64,000 nt of DNA from Candidatus Woesebacteria bacterium (GCA_017999345.1 JAGNLY010000001.1:6884-70883); one strand, 5' to 3'. Shown: positions 18,501-28,032, numbered from the stretch's first letter. Numbers and translations are program-made. Notes: generated from the letters alone by a model not told the origin.

Positions 18501-20678
18501 ATGGGAAGAAAAAGAAAAAGATCGCCACTAAAATTGAAGATTAGAACAGAGACAATTCACTCTATTATTGCTGTGATTCTCGTGGCGATTGGATTTTTAG
18601 TCATCATTTCTCTTACAGGACAAGGAAAACTTTTGACAGTAATTAATAATTATTTGTCAGCTAAGTTTGGCTCTTCAATGCTTTTTTTACCATTTGTCTT
18701 TATTTCATCTGGAATGGTGATGTTTCGTACCAAATGGATGTGGTCAAAACCACACGTTTTGCTTGGAACAATGCTAATTATGCTTGGTTGGTTGGGATTT
18801 TTGAGAACTGGTGAAATCGGAGCAAATACTTTTGTTAATTTATCAACATTGATCTCACCAATGGGAGCTTATGTTGTATTCTTTTCTCTGGCAGTTATCG
18901 GCATACTGATTATTTCTCAACTTTCAATTCATGAAGTGGCTGATTTACTTGCCAAACTAAAAATTGAAAGAAAAACTAAGGAAAATTCAGAAAAGCAATC
19001 ACTTTTTGATGATGAAAATATCAAGAAGGCCAAAGGCTTTAAACTTCCTAAACTTAATTTAAATTTTGGTAAAACTGAGCAAAAGCTTGATTTTGATAAG
19101 GCATCAAAAGATGATGAGGCATTTAGCGAAGCTGAACATGGTGCAACCGCAATCTCAGATAAGCAGAAAAATATCGATGGTGAATCTTCAGAAAATAACT
19201 TAGAAAATAACCTGATGACTCCAACCAATTCTCAAACTATTTGGGAATATCCGCCATTATCACTACTTTCTAATTCAGAAGGTGGTAAGGCAGATAGAGG
19301 CGATGTTAATAAAAATGCAGATATTATTGAGGAAACTTTGGAATCTTTTGGAATTAGAGCCAAAGTTAAGGAGGCAAACTATGGTCCTTCAGTTACTCAA
19401 TACGCGCTTGAAATTGCTAGAGGTACTAAGCTTTCTAAAATCACTGGTTTAGCCACTGACTTAGCATTAGCTTTAGCGGCGCCCGGTGGTCAAGTTAGAA
19501 TCGAAGCTCCAATTGCAGGTAGGTCATTGGTGGGTGTGGAAGTAGCTAACTATTCAGCTCAATTCGTGACGCTCAGAAAAATGCTTAGTAGCTCAATTCT
19601 AAAAAAACATCCTTCAAAATTAGCTGTTGCTTTGGGAATTAATGTTGCTGGAAAGCCATTAATTGCTGACATTGCCAAGATGCCACATTTATTGATTGCT
19701 GGTTCCACTGGTTCAGGAAAATCTGTTTGTATCAATACTTTTATGTGTTCGATGCTTTTTAGAGCAAGTCCAGATGAAGTCAAATTTATTCTGGTTGACC
19801 CAAAACGTGTGGAGTTAACAGCATATAACAATATTCCTCATTTGCTCACACCTGTGATCGTGGAGCCAAAAAAAGTTGTCTCAGCGCTCAAATGGGCAAC
19901 TCACGAAATGGACAGAAGATACAAGCAATTAGCTGAAGTTGGAGTTAAAAATATCGAAGGTTATAACGAACTAGCAGGTCATTCCGCAATGCCAAGTATT
20001 GTGATTGTGATTGATGAGCTGGCTGACATTATGTTGTTTGCGCCATCTGAAGTTGAAGAAAGTATTACTAGAATTGCACAAATGGCTCGTGCCGTTGGAA
20101 TCCACCTAGTTTTGGCCACTCAGAGACCTTCTGTTGACGTTATTACTGGATTAATCAAAGCTAATATCCCAACTAGAATTGCCTTTAACGTTTCAAGTAT
20201 GACTGACTCAAGAGTTGTTTTAGACACTCCTGGAGCAGAAAAGCTTTTAGGAAAAGGCGATATGCTTTACGTACCACCGGACCAATCTAGACCAAGTCGT
20301 GTCCAGGGTACTTATGTTTCAGAAACTGAAATTAAAAGTATGATTGATTTTATTAAATCTCAAGGCAAAAAACCTGAATATTCAGACGAAGTTACTGATA
20401 AATATAAATCATCTGCTGAAGGTGGCCATTCAGAGGGAACTGTTGGATCTGACAAAGATGAGCTTTTTGATGAAGTTATTAAATATGTTGCACAAAGTGG
20501 CAAAGGATCGTCATCAAGTATTCAAAGAAGATTTTCAGTTGGTTATAACAGAGCGGCTAGAATTCTAGATCAGATTTATGAATCTGGTATGGTTGGTCCT
20601 GCTCAAGGAAGCAAGCCAAGAGAAGTTAATACTGCAAAAATAATGGAATATTTTAGAACCTCAAATAGTGGAGATTAA
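18501..20678 (+). CDS. ftsK: DNA translocase FtsK/SpoIIIE
   Basis: N-terminal transmembrane helices, Walker A GSTGSGKS, Walker B VIVIDELADIM, and a C-terminal gamma-like winged-helix segment SSSSIQRRFSVGYNRAARILDQ. Confidence 0.9.
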   Translation: MGRKRKRSPLKLKIRTETIHSIIAVILVAIGFLVIISLTGQGKLLTVINNYLSAKFGSSMLFLPFVFISSGMVMFRTKWMWSKPHVLLGTMLIMLGWLGFLRTGEIGANTFVNLSTLISPMGAYVVFFSLAVIGILIISQLSIHEVADLLAKLKIERKTKENSEKQSLFDDENIKKAKGFKLPKLNLNFGKTEQKLDFDKASKDDEAFSEAEHGATAISDKQKNIDGESSENNLENNLMTPTNSQTIWEYPPLSLLSNSEGGKADRGDVNKNADIIEETLESFGIRAKVKEANYGPSVTQYALEIARGTKLSKITGLATDLALALAAPGGQVRIEAPIAGRSLVGVEVANYSAQFVTLRKMLSSSILKKHPSKLAVALGINVAGKPLIADIAKMPHLLIAGSTGSGKSVCINTFMCSMLFRASPDEVKFILVDPKRVELTAYNNIPHLLTPVIVEPKKVVSALKWATHEMDRRYKQLAEVGVKNIEGYNELAGHSAMPSIVIVIDELADIMLFAPSEVEESITRIAQMARAVGIHLVLATQRPSVDVITGLIKANIPTRIAFNVSSMTDSRVVLDTPGAEKLLGKGDMLYVPPDQSRPSRVQGTYVSETEIKSMIDFIKSQGKKPEYSDEVTDKYKSSAEGGHSEGTVGSDKDELFDEVIKYVAQSGKGSSSSIQRRFSVGYNRAARILDQIYESGMVGPAQGSKPREVNTAKIMEYFRTSNSGD

Positions 20679-20706
20679 TTATTAGTAGTTAAAGGAAGAA
20701 CGTAAA

Positions 20707-21957
20707 ATGCAAGAAAATCTTGGTGTAAATGATAAAGTTAAGCAAATTGCATATTCTTCCCAAAAATCTCCTTATCTAACAATTACAATTTTTTTAGCAA
20801 TTTTAGTGGTGATACTTTTGGTTAATTCCTTTTTAAGTTTAAAGAACAGAGCTTCGAATAACATTATTCCAGACAACACCTCGATCAGTGATTCTGTGAA
20901 TGATGCCTTGGATGGTTCAGATTCAAAAGTCACAGATTTATCTAACATGTTGGCTGAAAACGACAAGCTTCAACAAAATATTTATCCAATCACAAGTTCC
21001 TACAAGGGATTTGTTCAAGAAAATAAAGAGGGTTTAATTGATGTCACTCCTTTGGATAAATCTAGCGAGCCATACACAATTTCAAAATATGGCAAAAAAT
21101 ATGATGGAGGGGCTTTGGGTTTAGGAAATACTGGATTAATGCTTGCTCCTGATTTACAAAAATTTGCATTTTCTGAAGACGGAAAAGTGTTTGTCGTCGG
21201 TGTTGATGGCGAAAAAGAGCTAAAAATCGATCTTAAAGGAGTTCAATATATTACTGGTTGGTCTTCTGATTCAAATCTTTTATTGGTTTATGTTTCATCA
21301 AATATTATAAAAAGTAATTTGGAGTCGGGTGGACCTGGTTATGAACCACCGGATCAATTTGAAGTTGACCAAAATTTAACTCCAAGTGGTTTTGTTTTAA
21401 TTGATTTTAAAAATGGATCAATGAGACACATGGTTGAGCTAGATGGCATGCTGGTCTATTCGTGGGTAGGAAGTGAAGGATTAATTATTTCAACAGGAAT
21501 GGGTCAGAATGAATTTTTTGTTTACTACTCGATTGCAGAAAAAATGGTTGATAGAAAAGCAGTCAACTCATTAAATGAGGTTTTTGGTCAACAAATGTCA
21601 TTTTCTGAAGATGGAAAAAAATGGTCAACTGTAACTTCAATAAAGCCAAACAGTACAGAGATGGCTAAAGCAACAATTGGAAATTTCCCTAAGATGGGTG
21701 ACATTGCATCTATTGAGTTTCCATGGGCTTCAAGACAAAGACCTAGATTGTCACCACAGGGGAATATGCTAGCCTTAGTGGGTTATGAGATTTTAAATGG
21801 TCCTCAATATGTTTATTTGTATGATGGAAAAGATATTAAACAAATTGTAGAGGGCATACCTGAAATATGGATTGATGAATCGAAATTATTATATACAAAT
21901 ACCGATTCTGTATTTATTTACAACCTTCTAACCAAAGAGTCAACGAAATTGCGCTAA
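20707..21957 (+). CDS. Hypothetical membrane-anchored protein, possibly TolB-like beta-propeller
   Basis: One N-terminal transmembrane helix. Repeated LSPQGNMLAL and FSEDGK segments resemble PD40-type repeats. The assignment is weak. Confidence 0.45.
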   Translation: MQENLGVNDKVKQIAYSSQKSPYLTITIFLAILVVILLVNSFLSLKNRASNNIIPDNTSISDSVNDALDGSDSKVTDLSNMLAENDKLQQNIYPITSSYKGFVQENKEGLIDVTPLDKSSEPYTISKYGKKYDGGALGLGNTGLMLAPDLQKFAFSEDGKVFVVGVDGEKELKIDLKGVQYITGWSSDSNLLLVYVSSNIIKSNLESGGPGYEPPDQFEVDQNLTPSGFVLIDFKNGSMRHMVELDGMLVYSWVGSEGLIISTGMGQNEFFVYYSIAEKMVDRKAVNSLNEVFGQQMSFSEDGKKWSTVTSIKPNSTEMAKATIGNFPKMGDIASIEFPWASRQRPRLSPQGNMLALVGYEILNGPQYVYLYDGKDIKQIVEGIPEIWIDESKLLYTNTDSVFIYNLLTKESTKLR

Positions 21958-21978
21958 TTTCTGAATCTGATATAATTT

Positions 21979-22983
21979 TTGTATATGAAAAATAAAACTC
22001 TATTGTTGGTTCTTTCGTTCGCCGTAGTTGCTAGCTTGTTAACTATGGCTTCAAAATCAAATATTTCATTTTTTGGTCAGGGCAGAATGAGCTCTCTGCT
22101 TAGAGGTGACGGGTTTAATGAAACTATGGAGCAATTTGATAGTACTAGTGGATCTGAAGTGATGTATAAAAATGCTGAGCCTGCAAGGGATATGGCCTAT
22201 GGTGGAGTGATGATGGATAGCTCAATTATCGCTGAGCCATTGCCAACCGACTCAATGCCAATCGATCTAAAAATGATGCCTCCATATTATGGTGATGATG
22301 CTCTTGATGTACAAGACAGAGTTTATCAAAAATCTTCCTATCACGTAGTTATTGTTGATGATGTTCAAGCATATTTGCGAGGAATGAAAGAGTACATTTT
22401 AAGTATCGGCGGTGTAGTCTTAAATTCCGGAGTTTCTGCAGGCGATGGCTCAAACAATACTTATAATAGTGGTTCTTTGTACGTAAAAGTTCCAGTCAAT
22501 AAATTTGATGAGGTAACTGGAAGAGTGACTGAAAATGTTGAAAAAGTATTTTCGGAAAGTATTAATGCTAGCGACATAACTGGACAGTTAGTTGGTTCTA
22601 CTGAAACTTTACAAGATTTGAAAGATCAAAAATCTCTAAAAGAAGCAGCTTTGTCTGAAGCAAAATCTGAGGTTGAGAAGAGAAGATATCAAATTGAGAT
22701 TAGCAGATTAGATCAACAAATCGCATCAGCAGAGAAAGGTCTTGATAACGTCGAAGCTCAAATTGAGTATTCGTCAGTCTCAATTGAGGCTTCTGATAGC
22801 GAAAAATACTATAATCCAGATGCAGATGTTGGATTTAAAGAAGAATTCTTGAAAGCTTGGGAATCAGTTAAAGAAGTTATAAAACTTGCATTATACTTTG
22901 GTATTTGGGTATTTGTTTACTCGATAGTATGGCTGCCAATAGTCATAGTGATCAAAAAACTTTTTAGGAAGTTTGGGAATTAA
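21979..22983 (+). CDS. DUF4349-like protein (signal peptide, coiled coil, C-terminal transmembrane helices)
   Basis: The architecture is a signal or anchor, a central coiled coil (LKDQKSLKEAALSEAKSEVEKRRYQIE) and C-terminal hydrophobic helices. ATG 21985 is the likely start. Confidence 0.45.
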   Translation: MYMKNKTLLLVLSFAVVASLLTMASKSNISFFGQGRMSSLLRGDGFNETMEQFDSTSGSEVMYKNAEPARDMAYGGVMMDSSIIAEPLPTDSMPIDLKMMPPYYGDDALDVQDRVYQKSSYHVVIVDDVQAYLRGMKEYILSIGGVVLNSGVSAGDGSNNTYNSGSLYVKVPVNKFDEVTGRVTENVEKVFSESINASDITGQLVGSTETLQDLKDQKSLKEAALSEAKSEVEKRRYQIEISRLDQQIASAEKGLDNVEAQIEYSSVSIEASDSEKYYNPDADVGFKEEFLKAWESVKEVIKLALYFGIWVFVYSIVWLPIVIVIKKLFRKFGN

Positions 22984-23007
22984 GAGCTTGTTTTGATTAG
23001 TTAAAAT

Positions 23008-23038
23008 AAATCCCCGTCAAAACCTTGACGGGGATTTT
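23008..23038. terminator. Bidirectional terminator hairpin
   Basis: AAATCCCCGTCAAaaccTTGACGGGGATTTT has A/T runs on both sides. It sits between convergent transcription units. Confidence 0.75.
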
Positions 23039-23051
23039 GTTGGTTCTTCGG

Positions 23052-23168
23052 CTATGCTTTTTCCCAGCCGAAGAGTTCGAATAACCAAACCCAATCTTCA
23101 TCAATCTCTAAAACGAGGCTGATGGATTTGGTTTCGTATCTCATCCGAACTTTTTTGTCGTCAGTCAT
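23052..23168 (-). CDS. 38-aa small protein (not in the ORF track)
   Basis: AAAGGAGGT lies 8 nt upstream of the ATG. It reads MTDDKKVRMRYETKSISLVLEIDEDWVWLFELFGWEKA. A TATAAT is upstream and hairpins follow. Confidence 0.5.
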   Translation of the reverse strand: MTDDKKVRMRYETKSISLVLEIDEDWVWLFELFGWEKA

Positions 23169-23302
23169 CTTTTATTACCTCCTTTCACAGAAAGATATGG
23201 CAGCAGCATTGCAGCCAAGATGAATGAAACATGTCGGTATTATAGACTATTTGCATTTATATGAAGAAAATCCCCATCGCAAGATGGGGATTCTTTTGGA
23301 AA

Positions 23303-23437
23303 TTAATCGGTTGGCTTTTTGTTGGCTAACCTCCGATCAATCTTATCATGTTCTTTCTTGTAGAGATGGAAATCCTTCTCCAAAATCCAGTACGTGATTT
23401 TATTTGTTTTGTGTTGAATCTTTGCGTACCACTTCAT
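23303..23437 (-). CDS. 44-aa small basic protein (not in the ORF track)
   Basis: GGAGG lies 6 nt upstream of the ATG. It reads MKWYAKIQHKTNKITYWILEKDFHLYKKEHDKIDRRLANKKPTD. The terminator AATCCCCATCttgcGATGGGGATTTTCTT follows. Confidence 0.5.
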   Translation of the reverse strand: MKWYAKIQHKTNKITYWILEKDFHLYKKEHDKIDRRLANKKPTD

Positions 23438-23505
23438 CTTTTGCCTCCAGCAAATAGGGATAGTTTAGGAGCGCGTTTGCTCCTTTGAAAAATTAACAAC
23501 ACTGA

Positions 23506-23534
23506 ATTATATACTATAAGATTAGTTATTTCAA
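23506..23534 (-). promoter_or_regulatory. Near-consensus sigma70 promoter for the 44-aa ORF
   Basis: The minus strand reads TTGAAA, a 17-nt spacer, then TATAAT. A hairpin (AGGAGCaaacgcGCTCCT) lies in the leader. Confidence 0.45.
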
Positions 23535-23612
23535 TTATTTATTTGGGAAATTATTCACTAGCAAACCCAGAAATAGCTTATTAGGCTTGTTCTGAGTTAT
23601 TTAGCATTTTTG

Positions 23613-24029
23613 TGGAGATGACGAGTAATGATCTCGTGTCCGCAACAGTAAGTTAGCATTATCTACAGACATAGTTTATTTTTGTTAATGTAAAAGAGGA
23701 GAATAAACAAACCCTGCTTTTACAATCTTTGTCAACTTTTACTTAAGCAAAAACCAACAAACGAGTTTTTGTCGTCACATTGACTGGGTTGAGTCATTCT
23801 AATTAAAAACGCCAATGAGATTATTTAATAGAATGCCTAATTAAGCAACTAAAGCTGCGTAAGAAGGTGCTGAGAAGTAACTGGCAACATCGGATTTAAC
23901 CTTTGTTAACATACTCTTAGCAGTTGCAATTTTATCTGCAATTATTTTTTGACTCTGTTTTACATCTTTCTTAGTCAAAGATGGTCTGCAAATGTTAAAG
24001 TACGTATCACGTCAAAGCAATACATCCCC
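23613..24029 (-). ncRNA. ssrA: tmRNA (SsrA)
   Basis: The 5' end GGGGATGTATTGCTTTGACG pairs with the 3' end GGAC-ACGAG-ATCATTA-CTCGT-CATCTCC-A and includes a G3:U70 wobble. CAAAAAATAATT-GCA resembles the E. coli resume context. The proposed tag is ADKIATAKSMLTKVKSDVASYFSAPSYAALVA, with its stop at 23843-23841. Confidence 0.85.
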
Positions 24030-24078
24030 ATAGACTGGATATTATATACTTTTTTGTACCAAAATCTATCGATAGGGT

Positions 24079-24738
24079 TTATTTTTGTGCCAAAACTAAG
24101 CCCATTACTTTTTTTGTTCCATGTAATTTTAAAATCTTTGCGCACTCATTGAGTGTACCACCGGTTGTGATGACATCGTCAATTAAGGTCACAATTTCTG
24201 GAATTTTACTAATCTTTGGATTGATTTGAAAAGAATCGGCAACATTTGATTTTCTTTGTTCTTTATTTTTAATAGACATTTGGCTGGCTGTATTTTTGAT
24301 TTTGATTAATAAATCAATTGATGGAATATTAGTTAGTTTTGATAATTCAGTTGCGATTATTTCTGTTTGATTAAAACCTCGAATTGCCTTTTTATTTTTG
24401 TGAATCGGCACAGGAATCAAGTAATTTGAATTTGAAATATTTGCGCTTCGATAAATTAAGTTTGCAATTGTTTTTCCAATTCCAATCACGCCTCTGTATT
24501 TAAATGTATGAATTAATTTTGCAATTGTGTCTTGATACTTTACTACCACAGTAATTTCATCGAGATATTTTATTTGATCTGATTTTCTAAAAGGAAAAGA
24601 AATGAACTCTATTTGCTCATAACAATCATTGCAAATTAGTGTGTTTATTTTATTGCAGCCCACACAATATTCAGGAAAGATAATTTCAACTATTTCAGTT
24701 TTTATAAAGTTGAATATTAAAGTAATGATTTTAAGCAC
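24079..24738 (-). CDS. comF: ComF-family phosphoribosyltransferase-like protein
   Basis: An N-terminal CxxC...CxxC zinc ribbon (CVGCNK...CNDCYE) and the PRTase loop LIDDVITTGGT. Confidence 0.8.
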   Translation of the reverse strand: MLKIITLIFNFIKTEIVEIIFPEYCVGCNKINTLICNDCYEQIEFISFPFRKSDQIKYLDEITVVVKYQDTIAKLIHTFKYRGVIGIGKTIANLIYRSANISNSNYLIPVPIHKNKKAIRGFNQTEIIATELSKLTNIPSIDLLIKIKNTASQMSIKNKEQRKSNVADSFQINPKISKIPEIVTLIDDVITTGGTLNECAKILKLHGTKKVMGLVLAQK

Positions 24739-24866
24739 AGATCATTTTAACGTGAGAATCTTTAGTTAAGATTGGGTGGGTTTTGGAGGCCGCAGTAGTA
24801 AAAAAACGTCCGAGGTAGGGTGGTAATTCCAACACGTAGTGGTCATCCGAGCCTGATATTTTTCTG

Positions 24867-24940
24867 TGGTCGTATCTGGACTCGAACCAGAGACCTCACC
24901 GATGTGAACGGTGCGCTCTAACCAACTGAGCTATACGACC
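24867..24940 (-). tRNA. tRNA-Val (anticodon CAC)
   Basis: GGTCGTATAGCTCAGTTGGTTAGAGCGCACCGTTCACATCGGTGAGGTCTCTGGTTCGAGTCCAGATACGACCA folds as a cloverleaf by hand. CCA is not encoded. Confidence 0.9.
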
Positions 24941-25009
24941 ATTTTAAATTTGCAGAACTGAAAAACAATATGCTGATTATATCCTCTTCATGCCTTTGCA
25001 CCAATAGGT

Positions 25010-26176
25010 TTAAATCAACTCAAATTTTCTCAAAACTGCTTCAACTTCATTAGCATTGTTAGTTTTGAAAAGTTCGGCTCTGACAATTTTTGCATTTGAG
25101 ATACTTCTTGTGTACCAGCCAAGATGTTTTCTCATTGGAAGAAAATTATGTTTTGGATCATGTGAATATGTCTTTTCAAATTCAAATGAATGGTCTAGCG
25201 CAACTTCAAAAATATTTTTGTGATTTTCAATATTATTTTTTTGGAAAACAAATGGATTTCCAAATGTAGCTCTGCCAATCAAAATTCCATCAACTCCATA
25301 TTTTTCAATTCTTTCATGAGCTTCATTTAAATCTTTTGTATCACCATTACCAAGAATTAAAGTATTAGTTTGGTGGCAGAGTTCAGCTGCTTTTTTTATC
25401 TCATCCCAGTCGGCAAATCCAGAATATTGTTGTTTCAATGTTCTGCCATGAAGGGCAATTGCAACGGGTTCCATTTCCAAAAGATTTGGAATCCATGTTT
25501 CAACAACTGGAGTAGAGTAACCAATTCTTGTTTTAACGCTGACTGGAATACTTCGAGGTTGTTGATATTCTTGTGGTAAAAGTTGATGTCTTTTTTCAAC
25601 AGCATTGGAAATTTCTTCAGAAATGTCAGGACAATCTTTTGCTCGCTGTCCAGCTAGATAATCTTTAATTCCTTGTTTAACTGATTTAATTATTTCTTGT
25701 GCTAGTTTTGGTGTTTTAATCAGCGCTGCCCCAGAGCCAGAATGTTCAACAGTTTTTGCAGGACAGCCCATGTTAATATCAATCCCATCAAAACCTAGTT
25801 GGCAAAGAATAATTGCAGTTTGTCTAAAGCTCTCCGGAGTTTTGCCGTATATTTGAGCAACTATTGGGCGCTGAGATTCATCATAAATGAAATCTTTTAA
25901 GAGAGAGGTAGCGCCATGACAAATTCCTTCAACATTGGCAAATTCGGTGTAAATAACATCAGGATTGCCATATTTTTTTTGAATTTTTCTACAAGGCTGA
26001 TCGGTAACTCCATCCATAGGAGATAAACCAATGATTGGTTTTTTTAGATCTGCCCAAAAATTACTAGTAACTTTATTATCATTAAGATTTTTCACTCTTG
26101 TATTATACCTGCTATTTCCGACAATCTCAGTTCTAGAAGTATTTTTTCGTTTTGAGTAATTTGTGGTGAGTACCAC
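25010..26176 (-). CDS. dus: tRNA-dihydrouridine synthase
   Basis: LSPMDGVTDQPCR, DINMGCP and the TIM-barrel blocks. In-frame GTG 26095 overlaps the upstream stop as GTGA and is a more likely start than 26176. Confidence 0.85.
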   Translation of the reverse strand: MVLTTNYSKRKNTSRTEIVGNSRYNTRVKNLNDNKVTSNFWADLKKPIIGLSPMDGVTDQPCRKIQKKYGNPDVIYTEFANVEGICHGATSLLKDFIYDESQRPIVAQIYGKTPESFRQTAIILCQLGFDGIDINMGCPAKTVEHSGSGAALIKTPKLAQEIIKSVKQGIKDYLAGQRAKDCPDISEEISNAVEKRHQLLPQEYQQPRSIPVSVKTRIGYSTPVVETWIPNLLEMEPVAIALHGRTLKQQYSGFADWDEIKKAAELCHQTNTLILGNGDTKDLNEAHERIEKYGVDGILIGRATFGNPFVFQKNNIENHKNIFEVALDHSFEFEKTYSHDPKHNFLPMRKHLGWYTRSISNAKIVRAELFKTNNANEVEAVLRKFELI

Positions 26177-27927
26177 TCAATCAAATTTCTAATTAAATTA
26201 TTATATCTTGGTTTATTTTCAGGTAGACTATTTATTGCAAACTGAGTGTATTTTTTTAGTTCAACAAAAACATAATGTTTTTTGATATTCTTACTTGCAT
26301 ACAACTCATTGAGGTCATTCAATAGTGTTTCAAAGCCTAAGTTTTTATTAATCGTTGAAACTCCTTGATTTTGATAATGTAAAATAAATCTAAGCTTATT
26401 TGTTCCAACCACACCTGAGTAAGATAAATTTGATAAGTTGCCATTCATGTCATAAGCAAAAATATTTACTTTTGATTCCCCCAAAGAGATCCTAGAAATA
26501 TCTAATAAATATTCACCATTTTCTGGTTTTTCAATTTCAATAATTTTCATGGATTGCGAATTATTTTGTGATTCACCACCTGCTGGTAAATTTTCATTAC
26601 TTACAAAATCACTAAGATGTTCTGTAAATATTTGCAAATTATTTATTTGCGTTCCGTCAGCTTTTTTAATTTCAATTGTTGTGTTTTCATCAGTGCTTAT
26701 ATGAATGTAACTCAAATCAGTAAAACTGGGAGTCAGCGTTCTGGTTGAGATAAGGTCCTTTTGATGTTCTGAAAATTTTTGATAATTGTATGCAGGATCA
26801 GTTATGTATAAATCCTCAGTTATTATTTCATTGCCGGGAGCTGTAACTTGGTTAGTGCTTGGTTCTACCACGCCGTCTCCAACTAAAAAGTGACCATCAA
26901 TCTGTAAGACTACTGGTTTATTGTTTAAAATTTCAGCTTTTGCGGTAGTTAATTCAGGTCCAGAAACTCTCTTATATTCAAGGTTTGGAGTTTGATAATT
27001 ATTATTAATTTCTTTAGTCAGTCTCGAAATTGCCATCCAGTTGACTAAGCCATTTGCTAAATAACCATCCGGTTGAGATTTTAGCCATGTATTTATTGTT
27101 GATGGGTTTACTAGATTATTATCTGGCATTTTATTTATGCCATGAAAATTCATAATCATTGAAATTGAAGTAACTAAACATCCCCAGCGGTCGATATTCG
27201 TTTCATCTGCCCAGTTTGAAGCAGAGTCATATTCTTCATTTGCCCAAATTGGATCATTTTGTTTCTGTGGAATGATGTTAAGTATATTTGATTGAGAACT
27301 TAACATTTTAACTATGATATTGTCATAAATTGCTTGAGTCGGAAAAATTGTTCCTGCGCCAGCTTTAATCCCGATCTTTCCATAATCATTATCAAATGTT
27401 GGATCAACAATATTAACAATTTCATTTTCATCAATTTTAATAATAATTTGACCTTCATTCAGCTGAATCTTTACGTGATGAAAAACATTAATTCCTAAAT
27501 GAGCAATGTCACTAAAGTCCCAAACCACCTTGCCATTTTTTACATGCGATAGAAAAAATGAGTTGCCGACAAAATGTATTTCATACCAATTCAGAACGTC
27601 TTTAAAACCAAAAGAAATATTTTTATCAGCTCCTTGAATATATTTGTAATCGAGTTCATAAATAATATTTTTCCAATTAGGATTCCAATAGATGTCTTTT
27701 GGAACAAGCTCAGCTAAAGTTGATGATTTATTAACCAAAACATTTGCTTGATTATCAACAATGCTCCACATGTCAAAAGTATTTCTCACAGAGTCCCATT
27801 TTTCAAAGCCATTACTAAAATCATCCTGAAATAAAATAGTTTCTGCCTTTACAATTGGGCTATTTTTCATCAAATATAGGAATATTGATAAAGTAATTGC
27901 AAAAATTTTAAATAGTCTTAATTTCAT
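26092..27927 (-). CDS. Secreted protein with a LamG/DUF1080-like lectin domain and a C39-like cysteine peptidase domain
   Basis: A signal peptide; an N-terminal FQDDFSNGFEKWD...IHFVGN beta-sandwich pattern; central WGCLVTSISMIMNFHG (catalytic Cys context) and QIDGHFLVGDG (His). Confidence 0.5.
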   Translation of the reverse strand: MKLRLFKIFAITLSIFLYLMKNSPIVKAETILFQDDFSNGFEKWDSVRNTFDMWSIVDNQANVLVNKSSTLAELVPKDIYWNPNWKNIIYELDYKYIQGADKNISFGFKDVLNWYEIHFVGNSFFLSHVKNGKVVWDFSDIAHLGINVFHHVKIQLNEGQIIIKIDENEIVNIVDPTFDNDYGKIGIKAGAGTIFPTQAIYDNIIVKMLSSQSNILNIIPQKQNDPIWANEEYDSASNWADETNIDRWGCLVTSISMIMNFHGINKMPDNNLVNPSTINTWLKSQPDGYLANGLVNWMAISRLTKEINNNYQTPNLEYKRVSGPELTTAKAEILNNKPVVLQIDGHFLVGDGVVEPSTNQVTAPGNEIITEDLYITDPAYNYQKFSEHQKDLISTRTLTPSFTDLSYIHISTDENTTIEIKKADGTQINNLQIFTEHLSDFVSNENLPAGGESQNNSQSMKIIEIEKPENGEYLLDISRISLGESKVNIFAYDMNGNLSNLSYSGVVGTNKLRFILHYQNQGVSTINKNLGFETLLNDLNELYASKNIKKHYVFVELKKYTQFAINSLPENKPRYNNLIRNLIEWYSPQITQNEKILLELRLSEIAGIIQE

Positions 27928-28032
27928 ATCTAGGTCATTTATTCTCCTGTATGTAGTAAAATCTAATGAGTGATTGGCAGTATTTAATGTTATTATCCTT
28001 GCAGGAAGATTGCGCCTGAAAAACCAAAACTA

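Noticed and set aside
23949-24152. 67-aa plus-strand ORF
   Set aside because: It lies antisense across the tmRNA 5' domain and the 3' end of comF. Both features are explained better by the minus strand.
24775-24866. SRP (4.5S) RNA next to tRNA-Val
   Set aside because: The helix-8 signature (GGAA tetraloop with a flanking AGCA/AGG symmetric loop, ...GUCCGGAAGGAAGCAGCC...) is absent on both strands.
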